From the IMG/VR virus record IMGVR_UViG_3300017986_004441, positions 17,285 to 81,284 of that record: DNA of 64,000 nt; one strand, written 5' to 3'. The position numbers were made by a program, and so were the translations under genes. Under the pieces are notes generated by a model. It was not told where the DNA came from, did no database searches, and worked only from the letters and a program-made list of their open reading frames with translations. This DNA comes from a virus. This document shows, piece after piece, positions 9,901-20,671 of this stretch; the first letter of the stretch is position 1, and every line of letters starts with the position of its first letter.

Positions 9901-12900
9901 TCAGGCAGAGCCCATTAGGAAAACATATGTTAAAGCGCAAGTAGATCCAAAAATTAATTATATCGATGCTCAGCAGTTTTTGTTGCCAAAGGCTATAGTT
10001 ACTGCTCCTGGCTTAACATTAAATACGAGCAGTAGCCAATATAAAAAAGACCCCAATAGAACTGTAGTGTGCAATGTGTCTAGCGAAGACCTCATTATGT
10101 ACATGAAAACCACTAATGAAAAATATTGGGATTATGAATTTATAGCATACCTATTGTATTATATAAGTCCCGTATTCCAAAATATATTTAAGGGCAATTA
10201 TGCTGTGTCTAGTGATGAATCGGCTAATCATGTAGAAATAGCACCAAAAGCAGCTCATCCCTTTTTTGCCGGTATACCTATTAAGTTAAATAATGCAGTT
10301 TATGGGCCATGGTCTAATAATGTGTACGTTGACTATCTACGATCTCCCAATTCCATTTTTCCTCCAGGAACTGAAATAAAGACTTCTGATACACCACCAT
10401 ATGTATGTACCACTAAAGCAATAACGGTTAATCCAGAACAAGCCAAAAATCTTATAGACAATTTTATTGGTCCCACTTCGATTGAGGTAGATGAACAAAT
10501 GGCTCCGTGGAACTTCGGCGGGTCAGCATACATGGATCAGGTAGCAAATATTACAGCATACTCCAAACTTAATTATCAGAATATCATAGAATCTGCGCAG
10601 ATCAACATGCCAGGACTGCCATTATTTGATTTGGGTTCTGAATTTGGAGTAGCGGCTATCAATAATAGGAATATCGATCTTACCCCTTTAATATCTGTAA
10701 ATAATTATTATTATATAGATCAAAAGTTTATATATCAACATGATATATTAGATAATTTTGGCTGGATAGATTTGCCTAATAAATTAGTTCCTAATCTAGG
10801 ATCTATGATAAACAATAGAACCGCATCAAATATTGATGCTTATTATAATACTATAGCTATTAATACTCCAATTAGTAGTCCAACCACCGTTATTACTAAT
10901 ATACAGGTTAACATCGGCAATGACGGAATAAATACCACATATTCTCTGAGAACATACACTAGAAAACTATCTTTATTCAATAAAACAGAAATCGATAGGA
11001 TATCTAAACAGGGACAAGAAACAATACAAAGAAATAAACAAATAGCTTCAGTAAAACAGCAAAATAAAAATATAGAAATACAGCAATACAAAACTAGAGA
11101 AGACAAGAGGCTGACAGAAAGTAATTCTTATTTTGATAGTATAGGTTTTAGCAGTAAGCTCTTTGGCTGGAGTCCTACTACCGTATTACTAGGTCAAGCT
11201 TCTCCATACCTTAAGAGCCTCAATACTAGCCCTGATTATATTCCTCCAGATTCTTTATATGTAAAACCAGATGAATTCGCATCTCTTGGCAAGGGAAGAA
11301 AGCAATACGACCTACCAAGCGGAAAATCATTGGGTGATGATCAAACCACCAAAGACCCAGATTTGCTACAAAATTCCGATACTTTTATGCTGACGATGCA
11401 AAATACCACAAAATATAAAACTGATGTAGGTATATATGAGCTCAAAGAAATCAGAGCTCAATTAGATCAAGATTATGGCATGCAGTCTGCGATGAGCCTT
11501 GATGGAATTCTGTCTCCTGTTTCTTTTTACCCGACCAATAAAAATAGCACATACAGCTATGCAAAATATGATACAGAATTTTGTCCATTTTGTAGAGGTA
11601 GTAAAAAAATAAAAACAGAATATAAATGGTATACAAACAGAGACACGTCTTCCATTACTGAGTATATATACTGCGATAGATGTGAAAGAAAAGACAAAAA
11701 ATTAAAATATAGCCTTTCTTCTAGCGGCGGGGGCGGCGGCTCATCTGAGGTTTTGCCTCCTTATATTATTAGTAATTTGTCTACTTTAGCATTACTAGAA
11801 CAATTTAAAAGTTTCGGAGGTTCATCCAGTTCACAGTCTTCACAGTCTGGTGGGGGCTCTTCTATTAATCTGATAAGTTTGAACCCAGTTCTTTCTGCAC
11901 AAGGAGATTTTAGAAATCCTAATACACAGAATTATGTTGGAGAACATCCAGATGGCAAACATCCAAAACTGACTATTGGTAGCAAAGACAGGCCATTTAT
12001 TGATAGATGTAGACACAGCATTGAAATTGTCGGACGCGGATCGATACCTCAACAAAACATTACCATTACAGACAATACATATGAATATATAGATGGTTAT
12101 CAGCCAGATTTTCACAATGAAGACTTGGCATTGATGGATGATATCAAAGAAAGAAACACCGGTGCTATTCCGTTACTTGATAAATATCAAATGAATCAAA
12201 GATTTATGGGACTGCGGGGACCATTAACAATGCACGCCTGGGGATACGACACAGAAGGATATCCTGTGCCTAATGCTGCTGACGAACCATTGTCTGTAGA
12301 TAAGTATGGCAGGCCATTAAGATTTAAGCTAAAGGTTAAGTCGATAACAGATACCACATATGGAGAAGCTCCTGATGGATCTGTATATACGTTGTCTGGA
12401 AAATTTTACGTTAAAGGAGAAGAAGATAATCCACCAGCTGACAAAACCAAGATCCAGGTTTATGTTTATGAAAATGATTTATCTAGCGCTGGCTATATTA
12501 CATCAGAAGATTATTCTTCAGACAGAACAAAAGGCTATCAAGGAGATATTGTTAGTAAGACACAAACCTTACAAGATAATGGTCAATATAGCAAAAAAAT
12601 ACAATTAGATGATTTTTATCTGAATTTTGGTGAACGTCCAGATTTGTGGCCCGTTGGTCCAATAGATCTTAGGTGGGATGCCTCTAGAAAAGTATGGACT
12701 GTACCAACATCCGCAAACATATATAAAATGGTATACGTTACACTAGAAGAAGACATGATTAAACCAGCAGATCATTATGACGAGACTTTTGCCGCTAGAG
12801 GATTTTTAGACGAATTAGAATATAATACGGAACCTTTGCCTAATGGATCTAGGAGGTTAGTATATATTAAAGATAAAACCGGTTGGACCGCACCGAGGGG

Positions 12901-13159
12901 TGCTAAGTTATTATGTAGATATAATTCAGATACTGGTTTTTATGAACCTGTTTCTAAGCCCTCCTTTACTGTAGTAGGAACGATACTGAATAATCAAGAA
13001 GCTAATATTAGTTTAAAATATGTACAAGGTAAAAATGCTGGGTCTATACCTACAATGAAAGTAACTTTCAGAAATAGTCTCAACTTAAATTATGCCAGTG
13101 GAGCGAATGGATTTTTTGTATATGAAAGTGGACAATGGACATTGTTTTCAGTAGGATAA
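6929..13159 (+). CDS. Large putative baseplate hub/tail protein
   Basis: 2076 aa. The N-terminal 'FNTSLGWGSQPSQLTVNL...FSFGGMVQSW...ITVNIND' resembles hub-type beta-barrel starts. It has CPFC...CDRC Zn motifs and sits in the tail block. Confidence 0.55.
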   Translation: MPTQPCNNEKKIAQTLFLGASVANFNTSLGWGSQPSQLTVNLIEDKVSPFCDKYGQPIASQFPAYKGKIIPNHYHDCLGDDCYMIADGSPFDSSKHAYSDRLTLGKVYYKIYNNPPVFPKSNKSNCVLSEYWFNPDPGFIGIQNRLNLDGSYLNIYEPLNQNLNPGYDIINCPVFFKVGDFSFGGMVQSWSRSQSNSGDVITVNINDMKSVLSNCYIILDKFSGAVYSKVKDALNFYGGPRNWAGDQVDYFGRLYHGNVPNVFNIYGFLESFGTAGFGGSNKNKNGISVNSIVDALSVLSSNIPIQNDLFQSLQAGYAPKSAFSPFCRILTKTPQTSDTFQNISSSFNTFGIIPPTLNFSDNVDRCQFVLDLSELPRFSANFRLADPVISITDFISRICEESGNDFLVDMHPIVLNGSNYNVIKIKLVSRNSQPSPIQIESSVNQLLCDGYNVSSATYGKEKNETNLKSIVVGANQQRLLQIRSNRLAYTQTNLVFNSRTMEFVNYDTLGNSPTSTYRFHHGQYRFPSAFSTNNPDLSKQINPNQSDLYDSNEVISNTIAKNDFSSIDTKYRDPISAPNPQNCGNYYSTINIPQSVPVESNDPGNYWSFNSGDVLGKTLRFFPMFKDAICPFFGFVRDEEVKIDTSQKNTDYRKIRPVYLDTWTGQICVLLQVHEFPQISLDIIPTIVSNGKGYILISESEIRAALAGFDNFLVYCLAKQYRPDLLESVRLGHQQKYYNKLLSEGIAPAKALDMAKKKYDWFWRQVHGNIAGPFGQPVEIAPAKNDGASYIDQKAMQDLQILHQFVNQIGSYYGKQYMVSLPNLESYKDSQYSGISLPTAAGDCYVFSGDGDVYYNYEPVSEGAWEEPGNIIDDAIAVGGNNYYALSEQDGRIGTILGYNTNKYFDYTKAEMCKFAQNLYNNNLAALDDQKINPAWSYQIFDEILNIRETSCPEGGFIYNNVNISALPTTDYVTTTSPGSTQAKDAWSYNIQAEPIRKTYVKAQVDPKINYIDAQQFLLPKAIVTAPGLTLNTSSSQYKKDPNRTVVCNVSSEDLIMYMKTTNEKYWDYEFIAYLLYYISPVFQNIFKGNYAVSSDESANHVEIAPKAAHPFFAGIPIKLNNAVYGPWSNNVYVDYLRSPNSIFPPGTEIKTSDTPPYVCTTKAITVNPEQAKNLIDNFIGPTSIEVDEQMAPWNFGGSAYMDQVANITAYSKLNYQNIIESAQINMPGLPLFDLGSEFGVAAINNRNIDLTPLISVNNYYYIDQKFIYQHDILDNFGWIDLPNKLVPNLGSMINNRTASNIDAYYNTIAINTPISSPTTVITNIQVNIGNDGINTTYSLRTYTRKLSLFNKTEIDRISKQGQETIQRNKQIASVKQQNKNIEIQQYKTREDKRLTESNSYFDSIGFSSKLFGWSPTTVLLGQASPYLKSLNTSPDYIPPDSLYVKPDEFASLGKGRKQYDLPSGKSLGDDQTTKDPDLLQNSDTFMLTMQNTTKYKTDVGIYELKEIRAQLDQDYGMQSAMSLDGILSPVSFYPTNKNSTYSYAKYDTEFCPFCRGSKKIKTEYKWYTNRDTSSITEYIYCDRCERKDKKLKYSLSSSGGGGGSSEVLPPYIISNLSTLALLEQFKSFGGSSSSQSSQSGGGSSINLISLNPVLSAQGDFRNPNTQNYVGEHPDGKHPKLTIGSKDRPFIDRCRHSIEIVGRGSIPQQNITITDNTYEYIDGYQPDFHNEDLALMDDIKERNTGAIPLLDKYQMNQRFMGLRGPLTMHAWGYDTEGYPVPNAADEPLSVDKYGRPLRFKLKVKSITDTTYGEAPDGSVYTLSGKFYVKGEEDNPPADKTKIQVYVYENDLSSAGYITSEDYSSDRTKGYQGDIVSKTQTLQDNGQYSKKIQLDDFYLNFGERPDLWPVGPIDLRWDASRKVWTVPTSANIYKMVYVTLEEDMIKPADHYDETFAARGFLDELEYNTEPLPNGSRRLVYIKDKTGWTAPRGAKLLCRYNSDTGFYEPVSKPSFTVVGTILNNQEANISLKYVQGKNAGSIPTMKVTFRNSLNLNYASGANGFFVYESGQWTLFSVG

Positions 13160-13160
13160 A

Positions 13161-16100
13161 ATGAGTTGTATAATAAGCAATACAGATTTTATAGATAATA
13201 TTTCTCAATATAATATTAGTGAAAATTTTCTGAGTAATCAGCTAGTTAATAATTTTAATCAGAGTATAATAACTCTCAATTATAACGAGACAAAAAATAG
13301 CCATCCTGTTTATTCTGGTGCTACATGGCTGGATGGAAGAATAGCTCAAAGTGCTAGTGTTTATGGCACAGGATTCAATAAGTGGTATCCTATTATAGTA
13401 GAACCTGTTCAGTCCAAATTTTCTAAGAAAGTAAATAGGAATTTTACACAACAGCCAAAAATACTAGGGTATGAGAATTTCTTTAATTTTAAAGGAGAAT
13501 TTCGAGATTGGTCATCTAATGACATGAGTGTTGATTGGTTTATTAATACTCCTACTTTTATATTTGAGCCCTTTTGGGGGATTTTGGGATGGATTAAATA
13601 TCATGATATTACTGCTGATAATTATGCTGAAAATAGCGGGGTTGGAGCGACCATGATTGCTACTGGAGACTTTAAATACACAAGTTTATCTGGTAATTCT
13701 GTTAGTGTGAATACTGGCACCAGGTTCACAAAATACAATTCCGACATTTTAGTTAACTTGCAGCCTAATTCTGATGAAGAAAAAATGCTTTCAATTAGTG
13801 GAAATAAGGGATTACCACTCAGACCAACATCAATAGGAAATATGTCATTATATATAGATGACGCAGACTTTTTTTGCTACTATGAAAATCCCGGTCAACA
13901 GTTCTATAGAGAAGCATATGATATAGCTCCTATATCGTATATATCTCCAACCGGATGGCAAGATTATCAGCACATATATGATGTATTAACTAGGTGCTGG
14001 GGTAAGAAGCCAGACGAACAATCTCATTTAGCAATATCTCAACTATCGTCGATATATGCTACGCACCCATTAAAAGACAGAATTACTCATGAATATTTTT
14101 CAGATTTTTCTTATCGGTCTACTATTGGTGATTTTATATCTACCAATAATTTTGAAAATTTTCATAAGAATATATTTAATGATCTTACAAAATTAGAAGA
14201 TCAAAACATTATATCTAATTCTAGTTCTGGTTTTATATCGAATAACACAGATTTGTTCAATAGAATTATTACCAAATACAAGCCATATTTATGGAAACCT
14301 GCATCTATTAAATATAATCATACACTACCTGATGGTCCCCATTTGTATGTAAATACCCAAATGACCAACCATTGTGACCGGAATATTAAGGGTCAGGTTT
14401 TGTATAATACCGCACAATTTAATTTAGGGCAATATAGTTTTTATACAGATTTTTCGATACAGAATAGTAATTATATTATTAGCCCTACTGATAATACTGG
14501 GGGACGAGTTAAAATTCCATTATTTGATACAGGAAAGTCTTTTGCTCTTTATGATATTGATAAAAATATAGGCATGACTGCAGGTCCAGATATTTATATT
14601 CCTATCGCTGGAGATTTTAATAAGTGCGACAATGGAAGGATGGGACCTGGAGGTATTAAGTGGCAATCTTACCAAATCACAGAAGATATTTTGAATCCTA
14701 TTATCGCAGCAAACCATCCCTTTTATTCGCTACAATCCGCTACTTATCAGTGGGAATTAATTTCTGGAGTTGAGGAGGGTGTGAAAATTGTAGACCCAGA
14801 TAAGGTAGAGACAGAAATATTTTTTAGCTCTTTTGGTAAATTTACTTTACAATTAACAGTTGTAATAGACGAGTTGGCTGTTTATGACTCTATAGATATT
14901 TATATTGTGAATATGACTGGATGTACTGTTGGTATTGATGGTGATGGATTACCAGCATATATAACTGAAGAACGTATTACGAACGCCCAAGGTAATGTTA
15001 TTGGAACTAGACTTGTAGATAATGCAGTTAATTTCATTAATCCAAATGAATATTTACCAGGCAGGCTATCTCCTGTTACATTTAATAGAAATAGGCAAGG
15101 CGAATTGGATATATATTTAGATTATCGTTTTTCATCTCCTATTATTGTACCAAACGACAGAAATATTTGTAAGGTTCCTAATATAACAGAATTCATCTTT
15201 AGTAAATATGGTGCTGTTATGCCAGCAAAAAGCAACTCTTATATAGAGGTTGTAACTAGCGCCATCATAGCCAATGACGACCAGCAATATCAGACTAGAA
15301 ACTATGTTGGCAGATTGGATAATGGGAAATATAACAAGTTTTTCTACACCCCGATACCTGCTATCAGCAATTCTTCTGATGCCCGTTTTTCTTTAAATTT
15401 TAATTATGCTGGAGGAGTCAATACTAAAATATATAGAATAAGACTAGAAAGGACCAGGGACGTAGGAACAGGTAGATGTAAAGGCATTTATGAGAATAAG
15501 CTTTATAGAGAAACGAGAAAATATCCTTTAGCTGAAGAAATCAGAAATGAAACAAGGTTTTTAAGAGACATTCCTGGACCAGTCCGTAACGTAGTGGAAT
15601 ATTCATTTGATGCCGCTAAGAGAATAGGTGTTAAAAAAAGAATAGTACAACTAGCACCTATGCCTGATTTATCTACGCTTGGTACCCCTAAAATTAAACC
15701 ATTTGGAGGACACGGAGGAGGGATGATAGATTGGCATGAGGGTGTGGGTGGTGATGAAGAAAATATGCCGTCAAATAATATGGGCATTGTGATTGGTCAT
15801 GACCTTGTCACTAATGACGTAATATGCCATTTACAAGAAGCTCGAATCAAAACCTCTAAAGACCCGTGTTACAAGTACGGCGCCAATAATCCCAATATGA
15901 AATTTATCAAAGGGACTTTTCATCCCGGCATTGGATTTATTGAAGGTGGTGGTTCATGGAAGAATAAAACCAGCTCTTTAAAATTTAATACCGGTAATAA
16001 AAATAGCTTTACTTTTACTGGTCCTGGATTTTATACATCTTTAAGAGGAGATACAGATTCTGCTTCTGGAATTAATATTTATAATGATGTATTTGATGTT

Positions 16101-19100
16101 GAATTTGTAGGAAAAAAAGAAGAATACCTAGACAATACAGAACTAGAAGATTTTGATATACATCATGGCTATAGAAGACTGTCTGGAGATTTTGGTAGAT
16201 TATCCAGAGATCATCTGCTTTATGATGAATATATAGGTTCTTATGGCAATTATTCATTTGCCCTTAGAGGTAGAAGATTTAGTGACAATCTTAGATTACA
16301 AGGTAGCAATTTAATATTTGCTAGAATTAGAAATATAGAAGTAAAATTAAATTTTTTGAATCAGGTTAATCTTAAAAATACAGCCATATATTTAGTTATA
16401 AAGCCATCTAGACATGTAAGCAAAAGGGTGGAACCTAGAAGTGATGATATTGGTAAAAATAAACCCAAATTTGGCAATGATCCATTTTTTGAGTTGCTAG
16501 GATCGCCCGATAGTCCTGTCATATCTAATATTTCCAAAAGCAATCAAGGACTCAAAGACGGTAAGAAAGAAAGGAGCGCAACAACATTTATAAAGCATGA
16601 AATAATATCAGAATATTTAGATAATTTAAAACAATATAACGAAACTAGTTCTAACTCCTATACCCTATATTTGTTAAATAGAGAAAATGTAGACTCTAAT
16701 ACTGTTGATTCTGTTTATCATTTTTCTGATAGATTTTCTAAAAATCTTACCCCAAGAAATATGAATAATGTTGGTAATGGCATCAATAAAGACCAAAAGC
16801 CCAATGTGACTAATTATATTAAGCTACAACCTAGTTTGGTGGTGCCAGATTATGAGTATCCAAATACTGATCAAATATCTACAGCACTGAAAAATAATGA
16901 TATGTTTTGGCCAGTCAATAGCTTCATTAAATTTTTTAATCAGCCTATAGTGATGGGCGCAGTTGAGGAAGGCGACCCAGAAGGCAGCATACCTAAACCG
17001 GACTCTTCTTTCGGTATCTCATTACATATAGAGACATTTGGTGAACACGATATGGTTAGTTTGGATAATATATCAAACATCTCTGATAAAATAGACACCA
17101 ATCCAATAGACAATAGAAAAACAGCAAATGTGATTTTTAATTCATTGTGTTCTTGGGAAGTTATTTTAGATATTGATACCAGAGAATTTGCAGATAAAGA
17201 TTCACTAGGAAAAATAAAATATGGCTGGGAGCCTGCTATACCAGGATATAATTTTATTACTGATGACCTTAATGCTATAGCTAAATTGCCTCAAAGTATC
17301 ATAAATGCTCCTAATCAACATCTGAACGACTTAACGGATTGTTTTTATGACGAAACTACCGACGAAAGTATCAGCCCCCTACAAAGACCAAGAGAGCAGA
17401 GATTTCCTAGTGAGCAACTAGTTATAGCTCTAGGCGCCCTAGCTCTAGGGGCGTTGGGCGGGGTTATAGGATTGGCTATTGGTATAGGAATAGCTATGCC
17501 TTCATTTGCATTTATTACAAGGTTTTTGTCTAGTATTAGAAGACAACAAAATGAAGAAGCCCAGTTAAGGGCCTTAGAAAGAACAGTATATACTGAGCGA
17601 GGCCATGGTGGTCCAGATAAAATTCTGCTGGATGTAGCAACAAATGAGCCATTTGTATATACATTAGAAGCATCTGTTTATAGATATGGGAACACTCCGG
17701 TTTTGGCTAGAAAAGTAAGAAAGTATATCAAGCCAAATAAAGACCTTTTGCCAGAATTGGCAACTTTTCGGTGCATATTGGTCAAAGATCTACTGGATAT
17801 TTTTGAACCATATATCTTCGACGATACTTCATTAGTCCCTGATCCGCCTGAAGGCTTAGTCATCAACAGTAATATCACACTAAAAGAAGATTCATTAATA
17901 CTATATAATAATATCTTATATGTGGCGAAATCAGGAAATTGGGCAACATTAGATAATACAAATATCCCCATAGATATTTTATGTGCCAACAATCTTCTGT
18001 CTCTAGACTTGACACAATACAACAAGATGGTTTTGATTAAAGGATATAGGGCATATAACTATTTCGATGTTGATGGTGTGGTACAAAGTGAGTCCGGAGA
18101 CTCATACAAAATTGCGGCAAAAGGAAAAATTATTAAAAATAGCACAGAGTATACGGTTTTACAATTTCATGACGGAGTACCAAATGATGATGATCTAATA
18201 TTTTTGGATGATGCCGACAATACAAACATAATTGTTTGGACAGAGGTAGAGCCGGTCCATTATAATTCTAAACAAACATCTACAAAAATTCCCAACACGC
18301 TATTTCCCAAGGGTACATATGGAACAGGCAGCCCTGTTATAGATCATAATTTCTTATCTAATCAATATATTGAGAATGATCTTTCTACTATATATGATAT
18401 ATTTAATAATCAAGAATGCGATATAAAGCCATTAAATCGGGTAGAAATATATAAATCGGATACAAAATATGAGGATATGGTAGCATATAAAACTGTAGAT
18501 CCTACAATGGCTTATAATTTAGGAGTAAAAGACTATCCAGATATTTTACAGGGGCTTCCTGGTCCTTTACAATATAATCTAACGGCTGGCTACTCATATA
18601 ACCTATTTAAGATCTTAGAAAACAATTCTACCTTACAGTCATCAAATTTTATTGCTGCCAAGAATAATAGTGACGAAACCAACTTTGATCTGCCACACCT
18701 ATTAAAAAATATACATAATCCTGGTTCGGATAGCTATAACGTGGTTGAATTAAAAAACGGTGACTATGCCAATATCGATTCTTCTGGTTATGTTGTGGTA
18801 GAAGGAGATTATGATTTAGCATATCCTACATCTTTTGTGTATTTGGGTCTGGACTCTATTGGATCTATCAATGTTATTATGTCAAGATTAAAATATTTAG
18901 ATTCAAATTCTTCTGGCAGTGATTTTATCAATTATTCTATTAGTAAGCTCGTAGAAAAAATATCCACCATATCAGATATGGATCCTAAATGCGATTCTGC
19001 TGAATATACAGAAAAGAAAAACGAGTGTGAAAAATTAAGAGCTGAAAGAGCCCTTGCTTTGCTGTATGCAGAAAAAAATCAGTTACTTAATTTGCTAGAT

Positions 19101-20246
19101 ACTAATACAATTAAGTATGATGGTAATTATAACATAATATATATACCAGAGTGTATAGCTAACACAAACGTTGTTCCTGTTAGGACTTATACAATTCATA
19201 AAGACTCTAAAGGAGATGACCAACCGATTAGAATTAATGAGTCTCAATCGTCAGAAAGGTATTGGATTAATATTGATCCTGAACAGAGATGTAAGGTTAG
19301 TAGAGATGCTAGTATAAAGATTTTGCTGAAAGCAAAATATACCTGCTGGCCGACTTCTCTAATAGTGGCTGGAGACTTAGGCAACATTCCTACGCTGGAT
19401 AGAGATGCTCAAAATATATGTCCTTCTGAGACCAAATCCGGTGTTGGTTCTAGATTGCAGTTTGATAATGCGGGCAATGTGTTTACGTATGAATTTGATT
19501 TGGCTTATATAGCAAGACAAAAGGCGGAATATGCAGCTAAATATGGCATAGGTGACAACGATTGGGAAGAGCTGGTATTCCCTGGTAGTTCACCAACTGG
19601 AGCAGGCGGAGGTGGAGAAGTTACTAGGTCATTTTTTATTAGACCCGGAACAAATACTAGGGATATATTGGTAGAGGTAGAAGAAACATATCTTGTGCCA
19701 TCCGAGGATTATTTCCGCAAAACTTTGGGATTAGGACCAAAACCAGAAATTCCAGATGGCTTATATAGGCCAGACGAGCCGTCATTTTATGATCCCGATG
19801 AGATACCAGAAGAATTTCAATCACCATACCAAAAACTATATGGAGAGTATTACGGAAAAGTAAAAGACCTTATTCCTTCTAGAATCTTAGACAATAAGTG
19901 CCTAGCCTGCAAAAGTAGAGTTATACCTAGAAAATTAAGAAGGGTAGACCTTCATTATGATAGATACAAACCTGATTTTAACGGTAATCTAGTTAAAGAT
20001 CTTCCTTCTGGAGGTCCTGGTGGGCCGTTTAGTAATGTATTTCAATTATGGCACTGCGCAAATAAGGACACCAAAGAATATAGACCTATTCCAGATTATT
20101 TTAAAATACAAAATGAAATGATATATAGAGCTTATTTTGGCAGTGTAGATAATATAGAACACAAGAGTGATTTGGAATATAGCATGGACCCATTTGAATG
20201 GATACCTTACGAATACCATGCTCCGAATATGGTTCCTAAACAATGA
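13161..20246 (+). CDS. Giant putative tail-tip/virion protein with PKD-like domain and an internal Gly-rich hydrophobic segment
   Basis: 2361 aa. PKD-like 'TYQWELISG...FSSFGKFTLQLTV'; hydrophobic 'LVIALGALALGALGGVIGLAIGIGIAMPSFAFI'. Confidence 0.5.
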   Translation: MSCIISNTDFIDNISQYNISENFLSNQLVNNFNQSIITLNYNETKNSHPVYSGATWLDGRIAQSASVYGTGFNKWYPIIVEPVQSKFSKKVNRNFTQQPKILGYENFFNFKGEFRDWSSNDMSVDWFINTPTFIFEPFWGILGWIKYHDITADNYAENSGVGATMIATGDFKYTSLSGNSVSVNTGTRFTKYNSDILVNLQPNSDEEKMLSISGNKGLPLRPTSIGNMSLYIDDADFFCYYENPGQQFYREAYDIAPISYISPTGWQDYQHIYDVLTRCWGKKPDEQSHLAISQLSSIYATHPLKDRITHEYFSDFSYRSTIGDFISTNNFENFHKNIFNDLTKLEDQNIISNSSSGFISNNTDLFNRIITKYKPYLWKPASIKYNHTLPDGPHLYVNTQMTNHCDRNIKGQVLYNTAQFNLGQYSFYTDFSIQNSNYIISPTDNTGGRVKIPLFDTGKSFALYDIDKNIGMTAGPDIYIPIAGDFNKCDNGRMGPGGIKWQSYQITEDILNPIIAANHPFYSLQSATYQWELISGVEEGVKIVDPDKVETEIFFSSFGKFTLQLTVVIDELAVYDSIDIYIVNMTGCTVGIDGDGLPAYITEERITNAQGNVIGTRLVDNAVNFINPNEYLPGRLSPVTFNRNRQGELDIYLDYRFSSPIIVPNDRNICKVPNITEFIFSKYGAVMPAKSNSYIEVVTSAIIANDDQQYQTRNYVGRLDNGKYNKFFYTPIPAISNSSDARFSLNFNYAGGVNTKIYRIRLERTRDVGTGRCKGIYENKLYRETRKYPLAEEIRNETRFLRDIPGPVRNVVEYSFDAAKRIGVKKRIVQLAPMPDLSTLGTPKIKPFGGHGGGMIDWHEGVGGDEENMPSNNMGIVIGHDLVTNDVICHLQEARIKTSKDPCYKYGANNPNMKFIKGTFHPGIGFIEGGGSWKNKTSSLKFNTGNKNSFTFTGPGFYTSLRGDTDSASGINIYNDVFDVEFVGKKEEYLDNTELEDFDIHHGYRRLSGDFGRLSRDHLLYDEYIGSYGNYSFALRGRRFSDNLRLQGSNLIFARIRNIEVKLNFLNQVNLKNTAIYLVIKPSRHVSKRVEPRSDDIGKNKPKFGNDPFFELLGSPDSPVISNISKSNQGLKDGKKERSATTFIKHEIISEYLDNLKQYNETSSNSYTLYLLNRENVDSNTVDSVYHFSDRFSKNLTPRNMNNVGNGINKDQKPNVTNYIKLQPSLVVPDYEYPNTDQISTALKNNDMFWPVNSFIKFFNQPIVMGAVEEGDPEGSIPKPDSSFGISLHIETFGEHDMVSLDNISNISDKIDTNPIDNRKTANVIFNSLCSWEVILDIDTREFADKDSLGKIKYGWEPAIPGYNFITDDLNAIAKLPQSIINAPNQHLNDLTDCFYDETTDESISPLQRPREQRFPSEQLVIALGALALGALGGVIGLAIGIGIAMPSFAFITRFLSSIRRQQNEEAQLRALERTVYTERGHGGPDKILLDVATNEPFVYTLEASVYRYGNTPVLARKVRKYIKPNKDLLPELATFRCILVKDLLDIFEPYIFDDTSLVPDPPEGLVINSNITLKEDSLILYNNILYVAKSGNWATLDNTNIPIDILCANNLLSLDLTQYNKMVLIKGYRAYNYFDVDGVVQSESGDSYKIAAKGKIIKNSTEYTVLQFHDGVPNDDDLIFLDDADNTNIIVWTEVEPVHYNSKQTSTKIPNTLFPKGTYGTGSPVIDHNFLSNQYIENDLSTIYDIFNNQECDIKPLNRVEIYKSDTKYEDMVAYKTVDPTMAYNLGVKDYPDILQGLPGPLQYNLTAGYSYNLFKILENNSTLQSSNFIAAKNNSDETNFDLPHLLKNIHNPGSDSYNVVELKNGDYANIDSSGYVVVEGDYDLAYPTSFVYLGLDSIGSINVIMSRLKYLDSNSSGSDFINYSISKLVEKISTISDMDPKCDSAEYTEKKNECEKLRAERALALLYAEKNQLLNLLDTNTIKYDGNYNIIYIPECIANTNVVPVRTYTIHKDSKGDDQPIRINESQSSERYWINIDPEQRCKVSRDASIKILLKAKYTCWPTSLIVAGDLGNIPTLDRDAQNICPSETKSGVGSRLQFDNAGNVFTYEFDLAYIARQKAEYAAKYGIGDNDWEELVFPGSSPTGAGGGGEVTRSFFIRPGTNTRDILVEVEETYLVPSEDYFRKTLGLGPKPEIPDGLYRPDEPSFYDPDEIPEEFQSPYQKLYGEYYGKVKDLIPSRILDNKCLACKSRVIPRKLRRVDLHYDRYKPDFNGNLVKDLPSGGPGGPFSNVFQLWHCANKDTKEYRPIPDYFKIQNEMIYRAYFGSVDNIEHKSDLEYSMDPFEWIPYEYHAPNMVPKQ

Positions 20247-20626
20247 ATAAATTATGTGAATTTTTAACGTATGATAATATACATTATAAATGCAAAAGAT
20301 GTGGCACAGAATTAAGATTTACTGAATATCAAATTTCTGAACCGGTTTATATTTGTAGCGATGTATTAAAAAAGCGACCCAATCAAAGCTTTACTGATTT
20401 TATCAAAAAAATTAAAGGTTTTGCCAAGGCCAGTATTGGCCATTTTTTCAAAGGTATGCCTATCTGTGACGATAGCACAATAGAAAAACGATATAAAATA
20501 TGTCAAAGGTGCGAACATTTTGTATCTGGATCATGTGCTTTGTGTGGCTGTCCATTGCATAGAAATCGTAGATTTATTAGCAAATTATCTTGGTCAGACC
20601 AAAAATGCCCAATAAATAAGTGGTAG
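20243..20626 (+). CDS. Small Cys-rich Zn-binding phage protein (DUF6171-like)
   Basis: 'KRYKICQRCEHF...CALCGCPL...KCPINKW' pattern; ATGA overlap with the upstream gene. Confidence 0.65.
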   Translation: MNKLCEFLTYDNIHYKCKRCGTELRFTEYQISEPVYICSDVLKKRPNQSFTDFIKKIKGFAKASIGHFFKGMPICDDSTIEKRYKICQRCEHFVSGSCALCGCPLHRNRRFISKLSWSDQKCPINKW

Positions 20627-20645
20627 GTGTATAATAACAATAACA
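20626..20645 (+). promoter_or_regulatory. GGTGTAT motif, candidate phage-specific promoter
   Basis: GGTGTATAATAACAATA lies in the 45-nt gap before ATG 20672. The same motif occurs correctly oriented upstream of three other genes. Confidence 0.5.
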
Positions 20646-20671
20646 CTATAGAAATATAAAGGAATAGTATA

